A stretch of 64,000 nt of DNA from a virus, in the IMG/VR virus record IMGVR_UViG_3300025057_000003, positions 1-64,000 of that record. One strand, written 5' to 3'. Position 1 is the first letter of the stretch; every line of letters starts with the position of its first letter. This document shows, one piece after another, positions 1 to 8,195 of the stretch. Under the pieces are notes generated by a model. That model worked only from the letters and a program-made list of their open reading frames with translations, did not search any database and was not told where the DNA came from. Made by a program: the position numbers and the translations under genes.

Positions 1-437
1 CTGATTGCAAGTATACCAATAAACACACCTATACAAATTAGAATGTAGTTATCAGTAAATGCTACAGCTGAAAATATATTATCTATACTAAATACAATAT
101 CTACAAACTCAATAAGAACTACTGTTGACCAGAATTTATTTAAGAATAGTATCTTAAATGTTTTTGCTTCCGGATTATCAGAGTTTCTAAATGAACTTAT
201 ACAAAGATATACGAGATATAATCCACCTATAACTTTGAGGTATGTAAGTTGTATAAGATATACAGCAAACAACAATGCCAAGCCACGAAATACATATGCA
301 CCTACGATACCATATGTTAAGGCTTTCTTTTGTTGATTCTTTGGTAAGTCATTTACCATGGTAGATAATACAGCAGCATTATCTATGCTTAGTACTACTT
401 CAAGTAATACTAAGTTGAGAATAATAATTAAAATCAT
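1..437 (-). CDS. terC: TerC/YkoY-family integral membrane protein (3' end outside window; not in ORF track)
   Basis: Manual translation from ATG at 437: MILIIILNLVLLEVVLSIDNAAVLSTMVNDLPKNQQKKALTYGIVGAYVFRGLALL...IEFVDIVFSIDNIFSAVAFTDNYILICIGVFIGILAI. Both LSIDN and FSIDN TerC signatures are present, plus multiple TM segments. AAAACCAA leader lies 5 nt upstream. Confidence 0.9.
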   Translation of the reverse strand, partial: MILIIILNLVLLEVVLSIDNAAVLSTMVNDLPKNQQKKALTYGIVGAYVFRGLALLFAVYLIQLTYLKVIGGLYLVYLCISSFRNSDNPEAKTFKILFLNKFWSTVVLIEFVDIVFSIDNIFSAVAFTDNYILICIGVFIGILAI

Positions 438-462
438 AATGTTTGGTTTTGAGTGAATATAG

Positions 463-534
463 TGGCAGTAATAGGATTCGAACCTATAAATTCCAGATCC
501 ATCATAAAGGCTATCATCTTTATGTGGTACTGCC
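463..534 (-). ncRNA. tRNA-like element / pseudo-tRNA
   Basis: Perfect 7-bp acceptor stem GGCAGTA/TACTGCC and T-arm ATAGG-TTCGAAT-CCTAT, with tRNA-like length (72 nt). The D/anticodon region does not fold canonically and forms a single hairpin instead. Confidence 0.55.
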
Positions 535-539
535 TGATT

Positions 540-570
540 AAAAAAAAAGAACCTAGCACTACTCGGTTCT
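540..570 (-). terminator. Rho-independent terminator
   Basis: Minus strand: AGAACC-loop-GGTTCT followed by a T run. Confidence 0.55.
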
Positions 571-574
571 AAAT

Positions 575-1150
575 GTTAATGACCTATCCTTTGGAGATAG
601 TTAGCACACGGGAGAGAAAATCCCCTTCATTAACTTTGCCATACTATGATTGACTGCACAGTAACAGAATAAGATATAGTTGTTCTACTCTTTCTCCATC
701 TTATTGGCCAATAAGACTTTGATTAAGTGTTATATCATCAATGCTGGCACAAAGAATCAATAACCCCTTTCGGGATGACATCATGTATTGCTACATAATG
801 ATTAGGCACTTCCAACTATACCATAAGCTTTAGGTGTTACACCATTGTCCAGTTCTCTTTTTTAATTGAGACTTAGCATTTTACGTCTTACCAGGATAGT
901 AGCTCAAATCCCTGATTTTATAGATAACCACATATTGCTTGCAGGCAATACTCTTTGTCCATAACACTGATAGTTTTAGAACCCTGCAAGGCCTTTGTCC
1001 TATCCACCCTTGTGTATGACTGCTCCCCCTACAAGAAAGGTACTGATCATACGGTGTTTTGACTATCATAGTAACTATGCCACAGTTCAACATCTGTGGT
1101 TTTATATCCCGCCAACATGGGATAATATCTTGGATTCTCTTATACAGAGA
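575..1150 (-). ncRNA. Putative large structured non-coding region
   Basis: No credible ORF and at least 10 short hairpins. Two have GNRA loops on the minus strand (CCC-GAAA-GGG at 765-774; ATGTA-GCAA-TACAT at 783-796). The region ends at the minus-strand terminator at 540-570. Confidence 0.4.
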
Positions 1151-1286
1151 AGTAAAGTAAAAAGAAAGAGTTTTGGTTTGGTTAGGAAAACTCTTAAAAA
1201 CCTAGAGAGAGGAAATAGTACTAAGACTATTCCAAGAGTAGTAAAGAATCAATTCAAATGTATGTTCTTTCAACTACTTAGTTTCT

Positions 1287-1544
1287 TCATCTATCAGTAT
1301 AACACTGCTGACAGATGTGTACTTCATCACAAGTACAAGTAAGTTCAGGATTAATTGCATATAGTTCTGCCATATCAGCAAACTCACTAGCAATCTCACC
1401 ATGTACCTTAAACTTAGATACAGGTGCAGTTCTCTTTGCTCTGATAAGCATCTTGAGAGTGTTGCGGAGATGATTAATGTCCATGTGATCAACATTGATC
1501 TTTTGACCATTTCTCATAGTCCAGTAAACAGTTTCTTTGCTCAT
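1287..1544 (-). CDS. Hypothetical phage protein with C-terminal CxC..H.CxxC motif
   Basis: 85 aa. Contains WTMRNGQKINVDHMDINHLRNTLKML, which resembles small phage protein families, and a putative Zn-binding tail. Confidence 0.7.
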   Translation of the reverse strand: MSKETVYWTMRNGQKINVDHMDINHLRNTLKMLIRAKRTAPVSKFKVHGEIASEFADMAELYAINPELTCTCDEVHICQQCYTDR

Positions 1545-1578
1545 AGCATTAGATTTAGGTTAAACAATATTCCCTTGG

Positions 1579-1875
1579 CTAGATACAATCTGACCAAGGG
1601 CTGTGGTATGTTACCTGTCCTGTACCAGGACGGTGTCTTTCAATAGAACAATCACTATTGAAATTGTAGGTGTTCAGGTTAAACCTTTTGTAGAGAAAGT
1701 TAGATACCTTACGAGAAGGATAGAACATATCTCTCAAAGCAGAGAAACCTCTACGATGTAGCTGGATTCTTAAGAAGAACTTACAAAAAGCCTTCTGAGT
1801 AGTAATCCACTCATAAGAAGTATAAGTAGAAACAATGTACTCTCTTTTGAATCTGTTGAATATATCTTTTATCAT
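1579..1875 (-). CDS. Hypothetical protein
   Basis: ORF track gives 1579..1908. Start moved to ATG 1875 (MIKDIFN), which follows an AAAACCACAAACC leader. Confidence 0.55.
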   Translation of the reverse strand: MIKDIFNRFKREYIVSTYTSYEWITTQKAFCKFFLRIQLHRRGFSALRDMFYPSRKVSNFLYKRFNLNTYNFNSDCSIERHRPGTGQVTYHSPWSDCI

Positions 1876-1999
1876 GGTTTGTGGTTTTAGTGGTGTAACA
1901 ATAGCCATATATATACAATGGACTAACTAATTTCTTGAAGCCAAATAACCCTATGTTATTGGCAAATGAGGAGTCACTTATTAAATGACACACACAAAT

Positions 2000-2057
2000 A
2001 AAAAAAAATAAACCATTTCTGTTGCCAAGCTGGTTAAACTCCGCTATTATTAGCAGA
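2000..2057 (-). ncRNA. Small RNA motif, copy 1 (hairpin + CTTGGCAACAGAA-loop hairpin + U tract)
   Basis: Minus strand: TCTGCTA-ATAA-TAGCGGA GTTT AACCA-GCTTGGCAACAGAAA-TGGTT TATTTTTT. Same architecture as copy 2. Confidence 0.5.
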
Positions 2058-2072
2058 TATTAATACATATTA

Positions 2073-2135
2073 CTATGCATTAGGGTTTACTAACCACTCA
2101 GGAAGAGTGATTACCCCATTATGTTCTGTGTACAT
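2073..2135 (-). CDS. Putative 20-aa peptide MYTEHNGVITLPEWLVNPNA
   Basis: ATG 2135 to TAG 2073. The AAAACCAA leader seen at real genes in this window lies 6 nt upstream. Confidence 0.35.
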   Translation of the reverse strand: MYTEHNGVITLPEWLVNPNA

Positions 2136-2155
2136 AATTAATTGGTTTTGATGAG

Positions 2156-2218
2156 AAAAAAAAGAAATGCTTCTGTTCCCAGGCACATGCATTAAGCCCG
2201 GCTACTGTATAGTAGCAA
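2156..2218 (-). ncRNA. Small RNA motif, copy 2
   Basis: Minus strand: GCTAC-TATACA-GTAGC CGGGCTT AATGC-ATGTGCCTGGGAACAGAA-GCATT TCTTTTTT. Confidence 0.5.
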
Positions 2219-2259
2219 TAGTGTCCAAGCACTGTCACAACCAGGTTGCCCTGGTGACA

Positions 2260-2559
2260 TTACTCTTTCGAGTAAGAGGTCACTAGGGTGGCTGGTCCAC
2301 CTGTTGGTTTGTTGTGAATCAACAAAGCAGGTTCAGCATCTGGTCTCATCCAGAGGCTGATGACGTGCTTATCAGCATCCAAGTCCTCTTGGATTTTCTT
2401 GCTGATCAGGCCAGATTCCTCTGTGCCTGGCACCTTGAAGAACCTGACAGTGTTACCTTCAGCGTTCTTCATTTCAAACACATCTATTGTGTTTGCATTG
2501 ACTTTGATTAAAAAGTCAACAAGACTACTTGTCTTGATTAGTTTACCCTTATCTGACAT
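2260..2559 (-). CDS. Hypothetical protein (first gene of the leftward block)
   Basis: 99-aa ORF with protein-like composition and an A-rich leader. A GCAA-loop hairpin (2233-2259) follows the stop. Confidence 0.75.
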   Translation of the reverse strand: MSDKGKLIKTSSLVDFLIKVNANTIDVFEMKNAEGNTVRFFKVPGTEESGLISKKIQEDLDADKHVISLWMRPDAEPALLIHNKPTGGPATLVTSYSKE

Positions 2560-2669
2560 AATTGAAAAATTTTAGTTAATAAATTGTGGGGTTACCACCA
2601 TGTCAAACGATAGCCGGGGAGCAGATTTATAGGACCCTCACAGAATGCAAAACACACAATTTACCAACA

Positions 2670-2714
2670 GGGGTGGGGTAAACTTTTGGGGGAAAGGTTA
2701 GGGGGACTGCTGGG
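2670..2714 (+). other. G-run cluster (potential G-quadruplex) at the strand-switch point
   Basis: GGGG-T-GGGG-TAAACTTTT-GGGGG-AAAGGTTA-GGGGG-ACTGCT-GGG in an otherwise AT-rich sequence. Confidence 0.5.
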
Positions 2715-2721
2715 AAATGCG

Positions 2722-2729
2722 TATATTAT
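2722..2729 (+). promoter_or_regulatory. TATATTAT promoter-like motif (first copy)
   Basis: The same 8-mer, or a close variant, precedes gene blocks at 3944, 14086, 19550, 21198, 22206, 26467, 27726 and 41333. Confidence 0.5.
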
Positions 2730-2746
2730 TGTATAAAGATGTAACC

Positions 2747-3055
2747 ATGGAAGAACCACAAGAATGGGATGATGACCAGGAGTTAACTGACCTAGAAAAA
2801 ATCCAACTGGAAGAAATAATGTTAGCTGCCGCATATGAAAACTCATATAGGGTGCTAACTAATAAAATAGACTTTGCTGATCTAGTGGAGGAGAAGAACA
2901 ATATTGGTATTAGTGCTATTATGGCATATGATCCTACGTCAGGTATCCGCAAAGAGGAATTGGATAATATGATTAGGTTCTACATTGATCAGGATGAGCC
3001 TGAGTATTACTTACGTTGCGCGGAACTAAAAAAGATATATGATGAGATTGCTTAG
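2747..3055 (+). CDS. Hypothetical acidic protein (UVR-like C-terminal YYLRCAELKK)
   Basis: ORF track gives 2717..3055. ATG 2747 (MEEPQEW) is preferred because it lies downstream of the promoter-like motif. Confidence 0.75.
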   Translation: MEEPQEWDDDQELTDLEKIQLEEIMLAAAYENSYRVLTNKIDFADLVEEKNNIGISAIMAYDPTSGIRKEELDNMIRFYIDQDEPEYYLRCAELKKIYDEIA

Positions 3056-3929
3056 TATTTTCTTATTGTTATGTACTACTGTTTACAGTCAAACCCCAAA
3101 TCCGTATGTTGAGGAGTTTGATAGCTTTGGTGGACCGGATGAGTGGGAGCTTGTCACGGGACAACCCAACACAGGATCTCATGGAGGGGAGTTATGCTAC
3201 AACGTATCTGGAACGTACATAGATGATACATACTATAGCTTTGAATCAGATACATTAGACTTTAGTTCTTGGGGAAGCGTTGAGGTGATCATGGTGATAT
3301 CTTCTAATCTTAGAAACGGAGATGTATTTTCTTTTTGGTATTATGAGGAAGTTGGTGGATGGACAGGATATAACATCTCTGGTATATCAGGAACGCGGTT
3401 TTTTACCATTCCTAACACAGCAACATTGTTAAGCTTTGATTTAAATACTAATTCAAACGGAAATGTCAATGGCAAATATGCACATGTAGAGTATTTAGAG
3501 ATATATACGGGGTTTGTACTACCAATTGAGTTATTAGACTTTACAGTAACACTAGATCGGGGTATCGTTGATATAAATTGGAGTACGGCATCTGAAGCAA
3601 ATAATGATTATTTTACAATTCAGCGTAGTCAAGACGCATATACGTGGGAAAATCTAAAAGAAATCAAAGGAGCTGGGAATAGTACCTCAACATTAAACTA
3701 CAATATAAAAGATCCTAAACCGTATTTAGGTACTTCGTACTACCGGCTAGCACAAACAGACTATGACGGGACAACTGAAATCTTTCAACCAGTGTCCGTA
3801 ACCATAGATGAAGCTTATATAATAAGAAGATACAACCAATTAGGACAAGATGTAGATGATAACTACAAAGGGTTTGTGATAGTATTAATGTCAGACGGTA
3901 GTATAAAAAAAATATTAAACTTTAATTAG
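3039..3929 (+). CDS. Secreted protein resembling Bacteroidetes T9SS cargo
   Basis: Signal peptide MMRLLSIFLLLCTTVYSQ. LPIELLDF...WSTASEANNDYFTIQRS...GAGNS...YYRLAQTDYDG is the Ig-like domain that typically precedes T9SS CTDs. The short tail YNQLGQ...GFVIV...DGSIKKI is CTD-like. Confidence 0.8.
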   Translation: MMRLLSIFLLLCTTVYSQTPNPYVEEFDSFGGPDEWELVTGQPNTGSHGGELCYNVSGTYIDDTYYSFESDTLDFSSWGSVEVIMVISSNLRNGDVFSFWYYEEVGGWTGYNISGISGTRFFTIPNTATLLSFDLNTNSNGNVNGKYAHVEYLEIYTGFVLPIELLDFTVTLDRGIVDINWSTASEANNDYFTIQRSQDAYTWENLKEIKGAGNSTSTLNYNIKDPKPYLGTSYYRLAQTDYDGTTEIFQPVSVTIDEAYIIRRYNQLGQDVDDNYKGFVIVLMSDGSIKKILNFN

Positions 3930-3973
3930 TTAAACTTTTTTTATATATTTGGTTTTAATTTAAAAAAATCATT

Positions 3974-4501
3974 ATGAAAAAAATTTTAACTAAGGTTAAA
4001 AACCTTCTGCAAAAGAAAAGTGTACTAGTTGGTTTAGCACTAGCATTTTTACTTGTTTATTTAATTGCACCTAACAATAGTGTGGGTGACTGGAGAAAAG
4101 GTAGCTCAGCTTCATTACAAGCTACAGTAAGTATTGATCAATCTGCTTTTAGAAACAGCAACCTAGATGATTCAATCCTTGTACAAAAAAGTTCTGATTA
4201 TGAACAGTGTATTAAAGATGTAGTTATCAACCCTACTTGGTGTACACCTAGTCACGATGTAATAGCAACATGTAGTACAACATCAAGTGGAGTTTGTTGG
4301 GCAGGAGAAAACTCAAACTTTGAACTTAAGTTTCATAACAGTGATGGTACCTATGTAGGTTATATCAAGTTTCATGAACCTTACGCAACCCATTTTGAAG
4401 TTAAGGATATTCAATCTTACAACGGATATCTTGTATCTTGTAAAACTATTAGTACTGCTGATAGACATTCTAACTTTGAAGTAACTATATCAGTATATTA
4501 A
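3974..4501 (+). CDS. Membrane-anchored hypothetical protein
   Basis: Basic N-terminus plus hydrophobic helix (VLVGLALAFLLVYLIA), followed by a Cys-containing beta-rich domain. Confidence 0.75.
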   Translation: MKKILTKVKNLLQKKSVLVGLALAFLLVYLIAPNNSVGDWRKGSSASLQATVSIDQSAFRNSNLDDSILVQKSSDYEQCIKDVVINPTWCTPSHDVIATCSTTSSGVCWAGENSNFELKFHNSDGTYVGYIKFHEPYATHFEVKDIQSYNGYLVSCKTISTADRHSNFEVTISVY

Positions 4502-4551
4502 AATAACGCAAAATGCGTTACACAAAAAGTTTAATTTAAAAATCAAATATT

Positions 4552-4872
4552 ATGAGTGAAGAAACCAACAAACAATTGACTCCAGAGGAGGCAAAAGCAA
4601 GACGTGCTGAAATTACTAAGTTTTATAAGGAACAGATTCCCCATTTAAAAGTGCAAGCAGAATATGAACGCTTAATGACGGAGATTGAAGAGAATCGCGC
4701 TAAGAGAGTGCAAGCTCAAGCTTTTATGGCTGATGCATACATGCAAATGGAAGGGGCAAAAGAAGATACTTCATCTACTACAACTAATGAAGCTAGAGAA
4801 GAGTTTAATCAAGCTATGAATAAGCAGGAGCCGCCTAAGAAAAAACTAAAAAGAGTCGTTGAAAATGAATAA
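4552..4872 (+). CDS. Hypothetical coiled-coil protein
   Basis: 106-aa helical ORF overlapping the next gene. Confidence 0.8.
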   Translation: MSEETNKQLTPEEAKARRAEITKFYKEQIPHLKVQAEYERLMTEIEENRAKRVQAQAFMADAYMQMEGAKEDTSSTTTNEAREEFNQAMNKQEPPKKKLKRVVENE

Positions 4873-5794
4873 GCTACTAAAGAAAGGTGATAAAGGACCA
4901 GAAGTAGTACGTTTACAAAAGATTCTTAACGTTATACCAGATGGTAAATTTGGGCCACAGACTGAAAAAGCTGTTATGCGCTTTCAGTTAGAGAAACAAT
5001 TAGTTGTTGATGGTATTGTTGGGAATAATACCTGGCATATGTTGTCATTATCTAAGTCTGATGGTGAAGCCATTGATGAAGATAGTGATATCATGTCTCA
5101 GCATTTTGAAACACAGTATGATCAACTTATTCACAGATATTATCTAGATAAGAATGAATATCTTCAAAGAAAAGGCAAGAATGAGTACTGTTTCTTGCAT
5201 CATACAGCAGGTAGAGAAAACCCATATAGGGTAATTGATCACTGGAACAAAGATACACGGGGTAGAGTTGCCACAGAATTTGTTATAGGGGGTCAATCTC
5301 ATACGGGCGGTCCAAGTGAGTATGATGGTGTTGTAGTACAAGCTTTTCCTGAGAGTGGATATGGTTGGCATTTAGGTAAAACTGGATCGGGCCACATGAA
5401 TAGACATTCTGTTGGTATAGAAATCTGTTCTGTCGGCTATGTTGAAGAAGATATGGGTAATTACTACACTTATTTCAAGTCACCTGTACATGAAGACCAA
5501 GTAATTAAGTTAGACTCTCCATTTAGAAGACGTCAATACTGGCATAAGTATTCAGATAGGCAAATAGCTGAAACAGAAAAGCTACTAAGGTACATTGCTG
5601 AAAGAGATGAGATTGATATGCGCTTAGGATTGCAGCAATTGATCAAAAAGTTTGGACCCAAAAAAGCATTTGAATTTCAAGAAGATGCTTACTATGGAAA
5701 AATTAAAGGATTGCTTACACATACAAATGTCAGAAAAACCAAGATGGACTGTTATCCAGATGAACGTCTTGTTGAAGTAATTTTAAAACTATAA
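4865..5794 (+). CDS. Endolysin: peptidoglycan-binding domain + N-acetylmuramoyl-L-alanine amidase (Amidase_2 type)
   Basis: LKKGDKGPEVVRLQ...DGKFGPQTEKAV..FQ....L.VDGIVG..TW (PG_binding_1). Zn-amidase motifs LHHTAG, GWHLG, SVGIEI, HTNV..TKMDC. Start is 4859 or 4865. Confidence 0.9.
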   Translation: MNKLLKKGDKGPEVVRLQKILNVIPDGKFGPQTEKAVMRFQLEKQLVVDGIVGNNTWHMLSLSKSDGEAIDEDSDIMSQHFETQYDQLIHRYYLDKNEYLQRKGKNEYCFLHHTAGRENPYRVIDHWNKDTRGRVATEFVIGGQSHTGGPSEYDGVVVQAFPESGYGWHLGKTGSGHMNRHSVGIEICSVGYVEEDMGNYYTYFKSPVHEDQVIKLDSPFRRRQYWHKYSDRQIAETEKLLRYIAERDEIDMRLGLQQLIKKFGPKKAFEFQEDAYYGKIKGLLTHTNVRKTKMDCYPDERLVEVILKL

Positions 5795-5796
5795 GT

Positions 5797-6150
5797 ATGG
5801 CAGAAGTAACTAAAATATCAAAGAAGGTCAGAACTAGTTTAGATCGGACTTTAAAATATCAAATACTCACTTACTGTTTTTTTAATGACATCCAAATCAG
5901 CACAGCAGATCTAGATTGTTTAGGTCTGCTTGCTGTTATGGGTGAACATGAGCTTACAGAGTTTTGTAAAATAGCTGTAACAAATGAAATATTTAAAAGC
6001 CCACAGTCGGCACGTAATGCTATAAATAAAGCCGCTAAAAAAGGTTTGATTATAAAAAATGGTAAGAGTAAAAAGACAATTGAAATTTCAAAAGAAGTGG
6101 AAGTTTCAAATGGTATAATATTATTAGATTTTAAGATTCTTGGTGAATGA
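5797..6150 (+). CDS. Hypothetical protein, possibly winged-helix DNA-binding
   Basis: SPQSARNAINKAAKKGLIIKNG resembles a wHTH recognition helix plus wing. Confidence 0.6.
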   Translation: MAEVTKISKKVRTSLDRTLKYQILTYCFFNDIQISTADLDCLGLLAVMGEHELTEFCKIAVTNEIFKSPQSARNAINKAAKKGLIIKNGKSKKTIEISKEVEVSNGIILLDFKILGE

Positions 6151-6506
6151 AACCTAAAAGCCACAAAATATTTAAGGAGGATATAGCTGATGAAGTTGGT
6201 GTACATCCTTCTGTGGTGGAGGATCTTATATCATTTTATTATTCTAAAGTAAGGCAATCATTATCTAATATAGATGATATAAGAATTTATATTGAGGCTA
6301 TAGGTACGTTTGCAATAAGAAAAGCTAGACTAGAAAAGGCTATAATTAAAAATAAAAGCTATCTGGGTAACTTAGAAAAACACACTTATAATGGTTATGA
6401 GAAAACTTTAGAAACAAAAAAGAAAATAGAAAAGCTTGAATTCACCTTACAAAGAATTGAAGATTCTATAAACAGTAGACAGCAGTTTAAAAAAGATAAA
6501 TCATGA
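6147..6506 (+). CDS. HU/IHF-like DNA-binding protein
   Basis: IADEVG...VEDLISFYYSKVRQSL.....IYIEAIGTFAIR fits the HU/IHF fold. IHF-like genes are typical of crAss-like head modules. Confidence 0.6.
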   Translation: MKPKSHKIFKEDIADEVGVHPSVVEDLISFYYSKVRQSLSNIDDIRIYIEAIGTFAIRKARLEKAIIKNKSYLGNLEKHTYNGYEKTLETKKKIEKLEFTLQRIEDSINSRQQFKKDKS

Positions 6507-6820
6507 GTTTATTAGACATATTTAAAAACAGAAAACAAATCCTTGAAGGATTAAAAAATAAAATATTTAAGCAAGAACATGTTGAAGCTGTTGCTAAAGA
6601 AAGGTGGGAACAACATTGTGTGAGATGTGAATCATTGGACAGAGATGGTAAAAAATGTACAGTTCCTGGAACACAACCTTGTTGTGGAGAATGCGGATGC
6701 AGTTTAGGTTTGAAAATAAGATCTTTATCTAGCTCATGTCCATTAAATAAATGGCATGCTTTAATGACTGATGAAGAGGAAGATGAATTAACTCAAAATT
6801 TAAATGATGGACAAGAATGA
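6503..6820 (+). CDS. Cys-rich Zn-finger-like protein
   Basis: CVRC...C..PGTQPCCGECGCSL..K.RSLSSSCPLNKW. Confidence 0.75.
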   Translation: MSLLDIFKNRKQILEGLKNKIFKQEHVEAVAKERWEQHCVRCESLDRDGKKCTVPGTQPCCGECGCSLGLKIRSLSSSCPLNKWHALMTDEEEDELTQNLNDGQE

Positions 6821-7016
6821 TCTAAATAAGCATAGGCAAACTAAAGAATATTTTACTCCAAAAGTAGAATACAAATATGTTGAAAAGAATGTTGACTTTA
6901 GAACACAAGTAAAAAAATTAAGAACTGAATATCCCAATGATGCTGATTTTGGTCAAGCTGTTGCTAGACTTTTAAATAAAGAAGTTACTACTTTTCCAGG
7001 GATACAAAACTTATAA
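6804..7016 (+). CDS. Hypothetical protein
   Basis: 70-aa ORF in a tightly packed operon. Confidence 0.65.
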   Translation: MMDKNDLNKHRQTKEYFTPKVEYKYVEKNVDFRTQVKKLRTEYPNDADFGQAVARLLNKEVTTFPGIQNL

Positions 7017-7018
7017 AT

Positions 7019-7831
7019 ATGGCATTACAATTTAAAGAAGAAGGTCACTTGTATGAAAGTACAGATAGTGATAATATTGAATGGAGAAGTGTTACCTCAC
7101 TGATAGGAATGCTTAAACCAAAATTTGATGCAGAAGAACAAGCTAAAAAATCATCTAAAAATAAAAGATCTAAGTGGTATGGTATGACACCAAAAGAAAT
7201 ACTGCAAGCTTGGGATAATGAATCCAATAGAGCAATTAAATTAGGAAACTTTTATCATAATCAAAGAGAAGCTGACCTATTAGACTTTGAGACTATTGAA
7301 AGAGATGGGATAGAAGTGCCAATAATAAAACCTTTGTACAATGAGAATACAGGAGCTAAAATTGCACCAGAACAAAAGCTTGAGGATGGTGTATATCCTG
7401 AACATATGGTGTATTTAAAGTCTTCAAAACTTTGTGGTCAAGCTGATTTAGTTGAAATCATAGATGGTACGATAAACATAACAGATTATAAGACAAATAA
7501 AGAAATAAAAGAAAAAGGGTTTACTAATTGGGAAGGCATTACGTCTAAGATGTATAACCCAGTTTCACATTTGGATGATTGTAATTTAAACCATTATAAT
7601 TTACAATTGAGTATTTATGCGTATATTATTAAGAAGCATAATCCCAAATTAAAAATTGGAAAACTTCAAATACAACATGTAAAGTTTAAACAAATAGGAG
7701 AAGATAAAAATGGGTATCCAATTAATGAACATATAAATGGAGAGCCTGTACTAGATGAAATTGTAATGTATGATCTTCCTTATTTAAAGAATGAAGTGAT
7801 AAGTATTATTAATTGGTTAAAAACAAAATAA
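7019..7831 (+). CDS. PD-(D/E)xK nuclease (Cas4/exonuclease-like)
   Basis: SVTSLI, GNFYH, PEHMVY, GQADLV, ITDYKT and YNLQLSIY motifs. Confidence 0.85.
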   Translation: MALQFKEEGHLYESTDSDNIEWRSVTSLIGMLKPKFDAEEQAKKSSKNKRSKWYGMTPKEILQAWDNESNRAIKLGNFYHNQREADLLDFETIERDGIEVPIIKPLYNENTGAKIAPEQKLEDGVYPEHMVYLKSSKLCGQADLVEIIDGTINITDYKTNKEIKEKGFTNWEGITSKMYNPVSHLDDCNLNHYNLQLSIYAYIIKKHNPKLKIGKLQIQHVKFKQIGEDKNGYPINEHINGEPVLDEIVMYDLPYLKNEVISIINWLKTK

Positions 7832-7832
7832 A

Positions 7833-8195
7833 ATGCCAGCAATTGATCCAAATGATTTAATCCAATATACTATTATAAAAAAAGGCCAGGATGAGACTAC
7901 TAATACTACAACTGAGCCACCTATAAATTTCCAGACACCGGATCCAAATGATCCAACAGGTGGAGCACTTATAACCCAGACAATACCTGGTTATAGTTAT
8001 AATACAACGGAAATAAATGAAATAGACGTACCTGTAACAGGATACATAAATAGAAATTTTGTAGTTAGCTTTACTCCAGCATTAATAAATGGTACAATTC
8101 CAAGTCCCATTAGAACAGATATTACTATGACTGATGGTTCAATAGTGACAGTTGCAGCTTCAGTATCTACAGTTGAAAATGATTTAACAACATGA
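7833..8195 (+). CDS. Hypothetical Thr/Pro-rich protein
   Basis: 120-aa ORF in the operon, with ATGA coupling to the next gene. Confidence 0.7.
   Translation: MPAIDPNDLIQYTIIKKGQDETTNTTTEPPINFQTPDPNDPTGGALITQTIPGYSYNTTEINEIDVPVTGYINRNFVVSFTPALINGTIPSPIRTDITMTDGSIVTVAASVSTVENDLTT

Noticed and set aside
881-1646. ORFs 881-1093(-), 995-1342(+), 1274-1510(-), 1401-1646(+)
   Set aside because: They have atypical composition, lack leaders, and overlap better ORFs or the hairpin-rich region, so they are likely spurious.
2030-2260. Resemblance to twister/pistol ribozymes or the SAM/SAH riboswitch (AACTCCGC, TAAGCCC, CTGTCACAAC)
   Set aside because: Only short word matches. I could not build the required pseudoknots or cores by eye.
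7019-7831. Cas4-like nuclease as evidence for CRISPR-Cas
   Set aside because: No repeat-spacer array or other cas genes were seen. Stand-alone PD-(D/E)xK nucleases are common in phages.
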